Source: an uncultured delta proteobacterium (lineage in GTDB: Bacteria > Desulfobacterota > Binatia > Bin18). From it: a DNA stretch of 64,000 bases. Position numbers and translations under genes: made by a program. Shown here one piece after another: positions 42,864 to 54,189 of the stretch; within the stretch, counting starts at the first letter, position 1; every line of letters begins with the position of its first letter. The notes beneath the pieces are model-generated. The model did not search any database. It worked only from the letters and a program-made list of their open reading frames with translations, and was not told the DNA's origin. Where the stretch lies: the NCBI GenBank assembly GCA_963733195.1, contig CAVTCR010000059.1:196848-260847 (forward strand), read 5' to 3'.

Positions 42864-44039
42864 TCAATTGCGTAACGGTCGGAAAAACGCGCGCATGTCA
42901 TCAACCAAGCGTTGCGGTTCTTCCATGGCAGCAAAGTGTCCACCGGCGGGCATGACGGTCCAGCGCTTGAGGTTGTAGTACCGTTCTGCCCACGTGCGCG
43001 GCAAGAGGATAATGTCTTTCGGGAACACGGCGACGCCAGTTGGTGCTTCGATGACTGGAGTGCGATTGTGCGATGGCTGCCACAAATTGTGTGCTGCCTC
43101 ATAATAGTACCTTGCAGATGCACCAAAACTCTGCGTGACCCAGTAAAGAGTCATGACTGTCAATAATTCATCTTTGGTGAACGCTTTCTCGACATCACCA
43201 TCACAGCCACTCCAGGTGCGACGTTTCTCCAAAATCCACGCGCAGAGTCCTGTCGGTGAGTCGTTCAGTCCGTAGGCGAGTGTCTGTGGCTTCGTGGTTT
43301 GCAGCGCCACGTAGCCGGCTTCAGCCGTGAAGAAGTGCATACTACGGTCATACCAGCCTTTTTCATCCGGGCCGTAGTGTGACGGATCAAGCATGGTGGT
43401 GAGTGGCGCAGCGAAGGCATTGAGCGGGAACATCATGTGCGTATGAATACCAATGACGCGATCGGCATACTTGTGCCCAAGCTGTGCGACGATGGCCGCC
43501 CCCCAATCACCACCCTGGGCAGCAAACTTCTTGTAACCCAGGACATCTTGCATCAGTGTCACCCAGAGGTCCGCTGTGCGCCAGTAATTGATTCCTGGTG
43601 TGTTGAGCGGCGACGAGAAGCCATAACCAGGCAATGATGGAACAACGACATCGAACGCATCGGCAGGGTCACCACCAAACGCAGCTGGATCAGCAAGCGG
43701 GCGAATGACCTTATGGAGATCCCAAAACGTCCACGGCCAGCCGTGATTCAGAATAATCGGCATTGGTTTTGGACCTTTGCCCGGCTGGTGAATAAAGTGG
43801 ATAGGCATCCCTTCGATCGTCGTCTTGTAGTGGGAGAAGGTGTTCATCTCCCGTTCATATTTGCGCCAATCGTATGTGTGCAGCCAGTAGTCAACTAACT
43901 CTTTGAGATAAGCGCTGTTGGTGCCGTACTGCCACTGATCGTTAGCAAAGTCACGCGGCCAGCGCGTTCTGGCTAAACGTTCGCGTAGATCGGTTAATGT
44001 TTCTTCTGGGATAGCAATCGTAAAAGGTTCTTTGGTCAT
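42864..44039 (-). CDS. Epoxide hydrolase (EHN N-terminal, microsomal EH-like)
   Basis: HGWP, PSLPGYGFS, QGGDWG and GGHFAAMEEP motifs. Confidence 0.95.
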   Translation of the reverse strand: MTKEPFTIAIPEETLTDLRERLARTRWPRDFANDQWQYGTNSAYLKELVDYWLHTYDWRKYEREMNTFSHYKTTIEGMPIHFIHQPGKGPKPMPIILNHGWPWTFWDLHKVIRPLADPAAFGGDPADAFDVVVPSLPGYGFSSPLNTPGINYWRTADLWVTLMQDVLGYKKFAAQGGDWGAAIVAQLGHKYADRVIGIHTHMMFPLNAFAAPLTTMLDPSHYGPDEKGWYDRSMHFFTAEAGYVALQTTKPQTLAYGLNDSPTGLCAWILEKRRTWSGCDGDVEKAFTKDELLTVMTLYWVTQSFGASARYYYEAAHNLWQPSHNRTPVIEAPTGVAVFPKDIILLPRTWAERYYNLKRWTVMPAGGHFAAMEEPQRLVDDMRAFFRPLRN

Positions 44040-44121
44040 GAGGTCACTCCTCGCCAGCAATGATTGCGGAGCGATAGCAGAGTGACAAGACGCAGGCAAG
44101 CGACGATACTGACTGCGGTGC

Positions 44122-44652
44122 CTACTCTCGCATACGTTCTATCGCCCGTACAAACGCCGTGATCGCTAAGCGTACGGCGTTGGCGAATTCTGGATTCGCA
44201 GCGATCCCATGTTCATCAAGATGCTTATCGAGCAATGGCAATGTAATTGATGCGTCAGTCACGATTCGCCCTGACATCACAGTGATGACCTCTGTTAAGG
44301 AAGCCTGAGCATAGGTCGACCGCGGTGAAGCATTGAAAATAGCAACAGGCTTACCAATGAATTCATGGCCACCCACTAGCCAATCGAAGGCATTTTTCAA
44401 CACTCCAGGAATACCGTGGGCGTACTCAGGGCTTGAAATCAGTAGTCCAGCTGAGGCGCGAATCTGTGCACGAAAGTCGCTTACTACAGGTGGTTCATTG
44501 TCTTCGAGATCAGGGTTGAAGTGTGGGAGCTCTCCAAGGTTTCTATAGAGAACAACATGGACTCCAGATGGGGTTAATAAGGTTGTGGCACGGAGGAGGG
44601 CAGTGTTGAGTGATGAACGTCGTAGACTTCCCGAGATTGCCAGGATTTGCAT
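44122..44652 (-). CDS. NADPH-dependent FMN reductase
   Basis: ISGSLRRSSLN and SPEYAHGIPGVLKNAFDW motifs. Confidence 0.93.
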   Translation of the reverse strand: MQILAISGSLRRSSLNTALLRATTLLTPSGVHVVLYRNLGELPHFNPDLEDNEPPVVSDFRAQIRASAGLLISSPEYAHGIPGVLKNAFDWLVGGHEFIGKPVAIFNASPRSTYAQASLTEVITVMSGRIVTDASITLPLLDKHLDEHGIAANPEFANAVRLAITAFVRAIERMRE

Positions 44653-44692
44653 CGCTCGCCTCTCTGCGAAGAGGCTTCTACTTGTCAGTACA

Positions 44693-47339
44693 CTACACCG
44701 GTGGACCAAACAGTACCCGCAGTGCGATGTCGCCGAGGAGTAAGAATAGCGCAGCGATCATGAGTGGGTTCTCTAAGGAATGAATCAACGTCTTATGGCC
44801 TTCGCGCTTCTGCGACACGAGTGTGTTGATGTCTGGATCGATACTCCCGCCGGTTCCCTCAGCCAATTCACGTAAGAGGCTACGGTTCGGCTCTTGTTGG
44901 CGGTATTCGTCGAGCGATTCCTCCGATGCTTGACCTGATCATGACCGTCTCGTTTTTTTGATTGACAACCTTGCCGTTTTTGCGCTTCAGTAGTGTCACT
45001 TGCAAATTGCCCTGGCGTTTACCGGGGAGTACCGCTTCGTACACGCGTGGTGCGACCGGAAGCAAGGAGACCTCGTCAGACTGGGCTCCGCGTGGCAAAC
45101 GCGCCTGGAGGAAGCCATCTTCCTCGGTGTCATACGATTCCGCCTGGAGGATCGTCCGCTCTCCACGTCGGCGTGCACTAATACGGTAATCCCAGGGGGT
45201 TTCGTCACGAATCGCCCAACGCACTGCCTGTGACCAAAATTTTCCGAATCCTTCCCAGCGAATCCAATCAGCAGAGCCGCTTCCGCTCGGGTCGAAGGTG
45301 ACGGCCACGACTTTGCCAAGCCCATACTGCCACGTTGTCAGTAAAGGATCGTGTTCAGTATGAATGTCGGTATATAGTTGTACGTCGGCCCCGTCCTTGG
45401 GCTTGGTCAACATATATTCGTCGAGTGAAGGAAAGTCCGCTAATCCTTGCAAGACTTGGCCGCGCTCACCAATACGTGGAACGATCTCCTTCGGCCCATC
45501 GTCGGTATCGTCTTTTTCTCGCATCGCTTGGCGGGTGTCTTTAATGAGTAACTGTGGCAGCATTTCGACATCGGCGACATGGTAGAACCGTCCACCCGTT
45601 TTCTCCGACATAAGAGACAAGAGCTGGAGATTGACTGTATCGTCACCAATACGAATGGTGGTGACTGTGATCTGCCGTTGGGCGACAGTAGCGATGAGTG
45701 GGTAGTGGTCTGCCGCCGCACGATTGGAATCTCCATCGGTAAGGAGGAGGATGTGACGAATGGCGCCACGCATCTGGCCGAGTTGATCGGCGGCAGTCTC
45801 GAGAGCGCCATAGAAGTCCGTACCTCCGCCATACTGTAATCGGCTAATCTTGCTGGTCAGATCGGCGCGGTTCTCTGACAGGCGTGCCAGGGGCGAGAGC
45901 AGGTACGGTTCAGAATCGAAGGCGATACCTCCTGCGTAGTCAGTATCCTGGAGCTGACCAAGGAGTTCGACCGCGGCTTTCTGGGCATAGTGCATTTTTT
46001 GTCCGTCATGCAAACCACGCACTTTGCTGTTGTAGCCCATACTGTTCGAACGATCGATGACCACAAAAAGCGCTATAGGCGTTCGTTTCTTCTTTTTCGG
46101 GCGTTGCTCACGAAATGTGATTGGGAGGATGCGTTCGATAGTCGTGTTCTGGTAATTGAGATCACCGAACGCGCGCATGCCGCCAGCCATCAAAAACCCG
46201 CCACCAAAGTCACGGACGTAGTTTTCGATCACCGTCATTTGCTGGGCAGTGATGCCGCCACGACCAACGTCGTCGAACACGAGGCAATTGTAGTCGAGCA
46301 GATCGGAGAGCTGCGTCGGGATTCCTTCTGGGCGACGAAACTCGACCTCGACCTCTTTTAATTTTAACGCGCGGGCGAGGTGGGTTTTGGGATTGTCAGT
46401 AATCACCAATGCCCGCACTTTCCCGGTAACCGCGAGGGTTGCTTGTTGGTGATTGTTGCCTGTGATGGTGTCCGGCCTGGCGTTGATCTCGGCACCTAAC
46501 AGATAGTTTCCCTTTTGTGAGATCTGCGCGGGGATCTCCAGGACAGAAAGTCCCGGAGAGATCGTCAGTTCTTGACGGGTGAGCGATTGCTCGTTGGCCA
46601 GTACCTCGATACTACCTCGCACAGCTCTCTCGTTGCCGTTCCGAACCACTAGACGCAGACTAAAGGCGCTACCCTCGCGGACGAGAGGGGGAGCGATGAA
46701 CTTCTCGAGCGACACTTCCGGATGTTGACCGGATGGCGGAATAACCGGAAAGATTTTGATGCCCATCTGCTTGGCGAGGGCGATATTGCGTTTGCTGGCG
46801 GTACTGGTTTCGTTGCCATCGGTAAGTAACACGAGCCGTTTTTCCCCACCTTCTGGATAGAGCGCAAATGCACGTTCGAGCGCCCTGGCGAGGTTAGTTC
46901 CTCCTCCCTGTCCAGCGGGCGCAGGTGCGACACTCTGTGGTGGCAAATGGACCGCACTCGCCGGCCCGGGTGGAATGAGGAGATTGGTATCGGTAGCAAA
47001 TGAAAGCGCAGAAAACTCATCGTCCGGTCCCAGCGCAGGGATCAGACGGTCCAGATACTCTTTCATCCAGGTGCGTCCTTCGGCAGCGATGCTATCGGAC
47101 ACATCAATGGCGGCCACAAGCGAGAGTTTATGCTCGGGAAGCGTGGTTTGCGTACTGAGACCGGCGAGTGCAGCGGCAACCAGCACCGCGGCAAGAGTGC
47201 GCAGGACGAGAGCGCTGAACAGCATACCACGTCGTCGCTGCCACCACAGCGGAAGCCACAACAACGGTAGCAGCCAGAGTAGCTGTAACCACTCGGGTTG
47301 AAGTATCGTGTACGTCGTGCCGAACAATTCGTAGGTCAT
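44693..47339 (-). CDS. Membrane VWA-domain protein (two VWA plus a glutamine-amidotransferase-like domain); frameshift near the 3' end
   Basis: MIDAS motifs DVSDS and DRSNSM, LLTDG twice, WQYGLGK. The C-terminal TM continues in another frame to stop 44693. Confidence 0.88.
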
Positions 47340-49220
47340 GCTCTACTCGTACGATAATAACGCCACATTGCATACAGCCATTCGAGTAGGATCAAGCTGG
47401 CTGCGCCATAGTACAATGTCCGCCCAAATTCCACCGGGACTGCCTTGGTCAGTTCCTGGGGCATTATTCGTCCCCACATTTGAAGCAGTGACGGGCTGGC
47501 TGGTCTCATCGCGCCGACCAATATCCGACTCCTGTTCATCAAACAAGTTGGCATACAAGGTCGCGTGATACCGACTTCCAGTGAGACGATACTCGCCAAC
47601 GTGATCCACTTCGATAATATCAGTGTCAACTTTTTGTTCCTCTCCCTGGGGAGGAAGGAGGCGGAGAGAATCCGGCCCCGTGCCAGCGGGCAAGAAAAAC
47701 GCCTCCCCAGTCGGTACGAGTGTCGGAGTCGTGGGGTCAGCAGGAAAAAGCCAACGCATGGTGTTGAGGAACAGCAACAAGAGCGTCATGTTATCTGAGT
47801 TGGTGAGATTGCCTTTCCCCAAATCGAATGCAAGGCAGGCCACTCGATGTCCGTCTTTCTCCCCGGTGAACGCTAGCGGGACTTCGCTATTTTTCGTGCG
47901 AGAAGAAATGAGTACTTGTGCCCACGACGGAAGCGCAAGCACACGTGCTTTCTTGAGCGGGAGGGCGTCAACATAGTGGAGATTCCGTAGAATTTCGTGC
48001 TCCTCGCGCCAGTCGAGAATGCTCACATCCTCTGCTTCGGCAACTGCGGGAAAAAGCGGATTCTGCGGTTGTGGGAATACATACAAGCTGTTTGCTGGTA
48101 CAGTTGCGCCAGGGACAAACTGATGAAAGAGCACGACATCCTGCGGTCTGATCTCTGCCGGGGAAAAGGTGTCGGGTGTGAGTGTGGTGAGCGTTAAGCC
48201 AGGAATAGCTTGACTGACGCGCGTAATCTCGTCCTGTAAGCCTTTGACCGCAGAGACCAAGACGAGACGACGGTCGTGCAGTTCCGCAAGCCAAGCTAAA
48301 GCTTGATTGTCGACACTCAACGCATCATTCGTTTCTATTTTCGCTATCAACTTGCCTGGACCTTCAAAGCCTTTGACAGAGAAAGATGTGGCCTCACGTG
48401 CCGGTAGAGTGAACTCACGACGAAGGAGTTGCTTCTCATTCAGACGGACGGTTAAGGTCCCGCTCTTAGGGCGAGCGGCATAATTGCGGACAATCACATA
48501 CGCCTGCGCCTGAGAGTAACTTTGGAACGGGTTCTGGTGCAAGTGAAGGGCGGCAAGACCAAGGTTGTCGTCTGTCTTGCCCACGCGATAGTAGGCGAGC
48601 TCTTTAAGTTTGTCGGCTGAGAGATTCAACACACTCTTCGGTTGGTCAGTGAACACATAGATCTGTCCTTGTCGTCCCTCCCGATCGCGTTGGGCGAGAG
48701 CTAACTCGATACCTAAGTCGAGATTCGTACCAGTATCCACAGGTTTGAGCGTCTCCAGCAAATGGAGGATCAGCAGGCGGTCTTTGGTGAGGCCGCTGAC
48801 GACCATCGGACGTGTACTCACACTGATAAGCATCATCTCATCAAGCATATTAAACGATTGCACGACCTTCTTCGCTTGATCACGTGCGAGATCAAAACGT
48901 TGCGCTCGTCCCTCACGCGCCTGCATACTGGCCGAGGTATCGATAACCAAGATGTGGCGATTCCCTCGCGTTTCAGTCACGGTCTGTGACTGGAACGGAT
49001 GGAGAACCCCACCAATGAGCAGGGCGAGTAAGAGCGCCTGTAACAGGAATAAGAGACTGGGAGTGAATCGCCGTATGCGTGCTTTGTCCTCTTTGACGAC
49101 ATTCCAGAACAAGAGACTTGGCACTTCGATACGCGTACGCCAGCGTTCGCGCAGATAGATGAGGATGAGAATCCCTAATAAGGCAAGTAATGGCAGCGCC
49201 GCTGGATTGAGGATTCCCAT
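47336..49220 (-). CDS. BatA-N-terminal / VWA-domain protein; frameshift near the 3' end
   Basis: ILIY...VPSLLFW...LLFLLQ, DTSASM and FTD motifs; C-terminal LLEW TM lies in ORF 47336..47629. Confidence 0.88.
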
Positions 49221-49228
49221 AGTGTGAT

Positions 49229-50137
49229 CTAGCGAAACGCGAGCAGTCCTACACGGGTAAATTCTTCGCTGACGACTGTCGCCAGATTGGTATCGGTTGA
49301 AACTTGAGCATAGAGCATTTGATGTTGATGACAGAACTGTTGCAATGCCGCCAGATGGGCCTGCAGTGCCTCTTGATACTGTTGGAGATGTGCCTTCGAT
49401 AGTGAAACCCAGCGTTCGCGACCGTCTTCAACATCGTACAGTTTGCCACGGCGAAAGAGTTTTTCAGGGGACAATTCAGCCGCGCCAAGAACGCGAATCA
49501 CCTTGACCTCATACCCGCGCGCCTTCATCAGTAACAGTGCTTCTTCGTATACTGGCGCTTCAAGCAAAAAATCAGAGACAACGAATGCGACGCCAGGCTC
49601 GCGCGATTGTTCGGCATAGGAGCGAAGTGCCTCACGCAGATAGGTCTTTCCCTGCGGTGCAAGGGTGGCCAGAAACGCTGGAAGGCGAGAGAACTGACTA
49701 CGATGACGAAGCACTGGCGCGACACGAAAAGGTGGTTGCCCATTATCTGGTGCCGTCAGTGCGACCAGACGTAACGGATCATTATTGTTGACAATGACGT
49801 AGCCTAAGGCGGTGGCAAGATCAGAGGCAAAGGTGAATTTCTGGTCGATAGCCGGTGCTCCCATCGAGGCACTCGTATCAAAGAAGAGATAATAAGGAAT
49901 TTCCCGTTCAGCAGTAAACGTCCGCACGACTAAGTGATTGAGACGACCGACCGCGTTCCAATCGACATAGCGAAAATCATCGCCAGGCGAGTAGTCTTTA
50001 TACGACTCAAACTCGATGCCCCACGCTTGGGTGCTGCGAGGAATCTGCGTTTCCCCCGGGCGGAGCCCGCGGGCGGTACGCACCCGCACACGCAGGCGAT
50101 CAAGCTGACGAAGGAAAGTGGAGTCGATGACACCCAT
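49229..50137 (-). CDS. DUF58 domain protein
   Basis: EF..Y..YSPGDDFRYVDWN, DTSASM and VSDF motifs. Confidence 0.93.
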   Translation of the reverse strand: MGVIDSTFLRQLDRLRVRVRTARGLRPGETQIPRSTQAWGIEFESYKDYSPGDDFRYVDWNAVGRLNHLVVRTFTAEREIPYYLFFDTSASMGAPAIDQKFTFASDLATALGYVIVNNNDPLRLVALTAPDNGQPPFRVAPVLRHRSQFSRLPAFLATLAPQGKTYLREALRSYAEQSREPGVAFVVSDFLLEAPVYEEALLLMKARGYEVKVIRVLGAAELSPEKLFRRGKLYDVEDGRERWVSLSKAHLQQYQEALQAHLAALQQFCHQHQMLYAQVSTDTNLATVVSEEFTRVGLLAFR

Positions 50138-50149
50138 AAGTACGTGTGT

Positions 50150-51199
50150 TTACCGTCGGAGTTTGCGTGCAGACTGGATAATCCGTGCGATAATATCGCG
50201 AGGATCAATGTTCTCCGCTTCAGCAGCGAAGTTGAGCACTAAACGATGATTGAGGGTGGGGACGGCGATACGATCGACATCGTCGTAGCTGACATTGGCG
50301 CGACCATCAAGCAGCGCCAGCACTTTTGCGCCGAGCATGAGAGTTTGGCCACCGCGAGGGCTCGAACCAAAACTGACATAGCGATTGACAAAGTCGTCTT
50401 TTGCGAGCGTCGTCTTAGCGGTATCGCCCGTACTGAGGTATTTTGCCGCGGCCGGAATGGTGGCATGGATCAAGGCCGCGATATACTCCTCGATGTGCGG
50501 AGCAACTAAAACATCACGCACGAGTTGTCGTAAGACGAGGATTTTTTCCGCAGCCTCGCCACGATCAAATACCGGACGCAAGTCCGCGACGGTGTTCGTG
50601 GTAGTCGAGCCGATAATTCGCTGGATTTCTTGGTGCGTTGGATAGGTCAGGCGAACCTTAAAGAAAAAGCGGTCAAGTTGTGCTTCTGGCAGCGGATAGG
50701 TTCCTTCCATTTCGATCGGATTCAATGTCGCGAGGACAAAGAACGGCGGATGCAAGCGATAGGTTGTCCCTGCGACCGTCACTTGTTGTTCTGCCATAGC
50801 TTCGAGCAAGGCGGCTTGGGTTTTGGGTGTGGACCGGTTGATTTCATCGGCCAAGAGCACGTGGGCAAAGATTGGTCCTTCGACAAAGACGAAATCACGT
50901 CGTCCATCATCCCGATCCATGACCATACGCGTTCCGGTGATATCGGCGGGCATAAGGTCTACCGTAAACTGAATGCGGTTAAAGCTGAGGTTCAACACGT
51001 CCGCAAGGGAGCGCACGATGAGCGTCTTACCAGTGCCAGGGACACCTTCAATGAGCACGTGTCCACCGGCAAAGAACGCAGTGAGGATGTCACGAATCAG
51101 ATCGCCGTGGCCGACAACTGCTTTGGCAAGCTCAGCTTCGATACGGCGAAAGGTTTGCTGAAATTCAGTAATCAGTTGGGTAGCGGGGGATTCACTCAC
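50150..51199 (-). CDS. MoxR family AAA+ ATPase
   Basis: GVPGTGKT, RIQFTVDLMPADITG, ADEINR and EGTYPLPEAQLDRF motifs. Confidence 0.96.
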   Translation of the reverse strand: MSESPATQLITEFQQTFRRIEAELAKAVVGHGDLIRDILTAFFAGGHVLIEGVPGTGKTLIVRSLADVLNLSFNRIQFTVDLMPADITGTRMVMDRDDGRRDFVFVEGPIFAHVLLADEINRSTPKTQAALLEAMAEQQVTVAGTTYRLHPPFFVLATLNPIEMEGTYPLPEAQLDRFFFKVRLTYPTHQEIQRIIGSTTTNTVADLRPVFDRGEAAEKILVLRQLVRDVLVAPHIEEYIAALIHATIPAAAKYLSTGDTAKTTLAKDDFVNRYVSFGSSPRGGQTLMLGAKVLALLDGRANVSYDDVDRIAVPTLNHRLVLNFAAEAENIDPRDIIARIIQSARKLRR

Positions 51200-52650
51200 C
51201 GTGATTCTCCTCGAGTAAAGACTCGTTTGACAATTTCTTCATACTCGGCAGGGACGCGTGATTTGCGGATGGTGTCATCGAGCGATTGTTGTTGACTCAG
51301 ACCGCGGGTCGACTTTTCGATAATTCCACCCAGGTCTTTATCGTCCGTGCCTGGTTCTCCCTTGTTGCTCTTCTCATGCGTTGTTTCAAGGGAGAGCTGA
51401 AAACTTTTTGAGCCGTCATTCAGCACCGACTGTTCGCCATAGAGGCGTGGATCGGTGCCACTCCCGGCCCCAGGGCCTCCCTCTCCCGCATTACCACCGC
51501 TGCTCGGCATCTGAGGGTTGTCGGGACTGGGCTGGAATGCCCCACGTGCATTTTTGCGATCTAATTGCGCGCGTTCAAGCTGTTGAATACCACTGCCCTG
51601 TGCTGGAGTTTGCGAGGCCCCACTGCTACCAGCCGGATTGCCGTCTTTCTTCTCATTTCCTCGTCCGCGCCTGTTACTCTGGATTTGCTGCTCGGTCGCA
51701 CCAGGGGGAAGGTTCTTCGCTTCGATTGCCGCATCTGGTTTCTTGGTCTTATCTGATGGTTGGAGGGCAAGGCGGCGGTCTTCTTTGCGTTTGGCTATAT
51801 CTTGTTGCTCTTTTGTATTCGGTCCTTTGTCTGGCAACCCTTGTAATGCTTGGCGGATCTTTTGTTGCAAGGCTTCGGGAAGTGAGGCGAGGGAACGCGC
51901 ATCTTGAGGGCGGTTTTCCCCTTGTTGCGCCTCTTCCATTCTCATTGCGCCCTGAGCCTGCTGTGGATCTTGATTGTAGAGACTGCTTTTCCCCCACTGA
52001 TCAGACGGCTCTGGTAGGAGTGACATCTGCCTCTCGATGGCTTGGCTTGCCCGTTCCGGCAGTTCTTCCAATATCTGTTGCAGATTGTCTGGTGAGAACG
52101 GCGAGGTCTCGGATCGCGATGACATCAACGGCACAGCAACAATAAAAAGTGCGAGGAGAGAAGCGAGGAGAAAAGGCAATACGTGCCAGGGGATGCGTCG
52201 TGGGGCGACTTGCTTGATCGTCCAGCTTCCTAACAAAGCGGTATTTTCTTGCAACAGATGGGGCCAGAGTTGCGATGGTTGTGGTTTGCCGATCACGCCG
52301 CTTGTGAGCTGCGCAACTAACGTGGAGAAGCGCTCCTTCAACTCCAGCTTCGTATCGACACGGCGCGCGGCGAGATCGAGATCAAGCCACTCGGTTACTG
52401 CCCGTCGGAGAAAAAACAATAATGCGAACGCTAACGCGAGCAGAACCGGCCAGGAGAGGACGGTAAACCACAACGGTGAGAGGGTAAACGCACAGAGAAT
52501 CACCAGTGCGACACCCAAAGCGATTAGGGTACCCACAGTATACAGATTGCGTTGAAAGCCGTACCAGTTGATCCGCGAGCGTACTCGTCGCAGCCGATCC
52601 TCAATCTCTGCCAAGGCAACCCTTTCTTCTGTCCCTGGGATACCGACCAT
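51196..52650 (-). CDS. Membrane protein with a long Gln/Gly-rich tail, first gene of the MoxR operon
   Basis: Three TM segments, A.RVD..L.LKERFST and terminal VPAEYEEIVKRVF; overlaps the moxR start by 4 nt. Confidence 0.8.
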   Translation of the reverse strand: MVGIPGTEERVALAEIEDRLRRVRSRINWYGFQRNLYTVGTLIALGVALVILCAFTLSPLWFTVLSWPVLLALAFALLFFLRRAVTEWLDLDLAARRVDTKLELKERFSTLVAQLTSGVIGKPQPSQLWPHLLQENTALLGSWTIKQVAPRRIPWHVLPFLLASLLALFIVAVPLMSSRSETSPFSPDNLQQILEELPERASQAIERQMSLLPEPSDQWGKSSLYNQDPQQAQGAMRMEEAQQGENRPQDARSLASLPEALQQKIRQALQGLPDKGPNTKEQQDIAKRKEDRRLALQPSDKTKKPDAAIEAKNLPPGATEQQIQSNRRGRGNEKKDGNPAGSSGASQTPAQGSGIQQLERAQLDRKNARGAFQPSPDNPQMPSSGGNAGEGGPGAGSGTDPRLYGEQSVLNDGSKSFQLSLETTHEKSNKGEPGTDDKDLGGIIEKSTRGLSQQQSLDDTIRKSRVPAEYEEIVKRVFTRGESR

Positions 52651-52750
52651 GGCTAGGTACTCCTCTCGTGTGGTCCGGCGAACATAGTAAAGTGCTCCGA
52701 TCTGGTCAACTCAGGCGGAGTTTGATCCAACAAGTAGTATCTGGTCAGAC

Positions 52751-54058
52751 TCAATTTTCCAGCAGATCTTCCTGCCACGTTTCTGCCGCGAGATAGACAG
52801 AGACGAGCGTTATTAACGCCATCGCGATCATATATATGGCGATAGGCCAGGGTTTGCCATGACTCCACTGTAAAAGTGAGGTGGCGACGAGCGGAGAGAG
52901 GCCACCGGCGAAGACCGAGGCCAATTGATATCCAAGCGACGCGCCGCTGTAGCGGACGCGTGCACCAAACAACTCAGAGAAAAAACTCGCCTGTGGTCCG
53001 TACATCGCCCCGTGGCCGATCGCGAGCCCAAGCACGATGGCAAGCCACACTAGAGTTGAATGTTGCGTATCAATGAGCCAGAAGAAGGGAAACGCAAACA
53101 GCGCGGAGAACGCGGCTCCACCCATATAAACGGGACGACGACCGATACGGTCGGAGAGTGCACCAAACGCGGGAATGCTGATCAACTCTCCGGCAGTGGC
53201 AAGCAGTACGCCATTAAGTGCCATGCTACGCGGCAGCTTCAGTTGCTCTGTCACATAGACCAACACAAACACGCTATAAATGTAAAAGACGCCGTTCTCT
53301 GCTAACCGAGCGCCCATTGCCAACAAGATGTTTCTTGGATGAGAACGCAACGCATCAAAGAGTGGAACGCGGACGACGCTGCCGGTTTCCTGCACTCGAT
53401 TAAAAGCGGGTGTTTCTGCAATCCGTAAACGAATAAACACGCCGACACCGACCAACAGCAGGCTTAATAGGAATGGTACCCGCCAACCCCAACTAAGCAG
53501 TTGCTCCTCTGGGAGCATAGACACAACCGAGAACGCACTGGTGGAGAGTAGCAATCCAGCTGGGACGCCTACTTGCGGCCAACTTCCATAGAATCCACGC
53601 CTTCCGGCTGGAGCGTGTTCAACCGCCATCAACACCGCGCCTCCCCATTCACCACCGACGCCGAATCCTTGCAGTATGCGAAGAAAGATGAGGAGCACTG
53701 GTGCCCATGGGCCAATCGTCGCATAGGTTGGAAGCAGCCCAATACAGAACGTTGCAACCCCCATGAGCAATAATGTCAGGCTTAGCATAGCTTTACGGCC
53801 AACCTTGTCGCCGTAATGACCGAAAACTATGCCTCCAAGTGGGCGCGCCACGAAACCGACCGCATACGTGCCAAAGGCAGCGAGGGTACCAGACAGCGGA
53901 TCAAAGGTGGGAAAGAACAGTTTGTTAAAGATCAGCGCCGCCGCAGTGCCGTAAAGAAAGAAGTCATACCACTCAATCGCCGTGCCAATAAAACTCGCAA
54001 TAGCGACCTGAGTGATCGACGTTTGCGAACGACTCCCCTGTAAGGTGCTGTGTTCCAT
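52751..54058 (-). CDS. MFS transporter, MHS family (ShiA-like)
   Basis: GTAIEWYDFFLYG, GHYGDKVGRK, GGEWGGA and WGWRVPFL motifs. Confidence 0.94.
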   Translation of the reverse strand: MEHSTLQGSRSQTSITQVAIASFIGTAIEWYDFFLYGTAAALIFNKLFFPTFDPLSGTLAAFGTYAVGFVARPLGGIVFGHYGDKVGRKAMLSLTLLLMGVATFCIGLLPTYATIGPWAPVLLIFLRILQGFGVGGEWGGAVLMAVEHAPAGRRGFYGSWPQVGVPAGLLLSTSAFSVVSMLPEEQLLSWGWRVPFLLSLLLVGVGVFIRLRIAETPAFNRVQETGSVVRVPLFDALRSHPRNILLAMGARLAENGVFYIYSVFVLVYVTEQLKLPRSMALNGVLLATAGELISIPAFGALSDRIGRRPVYMGGAAFSALFAFPFFWLIDTQHSTLVWLAIVLGLAIGHGAMYGPQASFFSELFGARVRYSGASLGYQLASVFAGGLSPLVATSLLQWSHGKPWPIAIYMIAMALITLVSVYLAAETWQEDLLEN

Positions 54059-54189
54059 GTTTACAGTTCTATGTGTAACGGTAGAGAGTCTGGGACTTGA
54101 AGCCTGAAACGAAGCACTTGTCAAGGAAATGTTGCCCTTGCAACTTGAAACAAGAAACCTGAAACTACGTCCCAAAAGGAGGGTCTGTC

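Noticed and set aside
51381-52145. Long antisense ORFs (also 14029..14862, 20937..21599, 50630..51295, 58..303)
   Set aside because: They are shadows of well-supported genes on the opposite strand and show no motifs.
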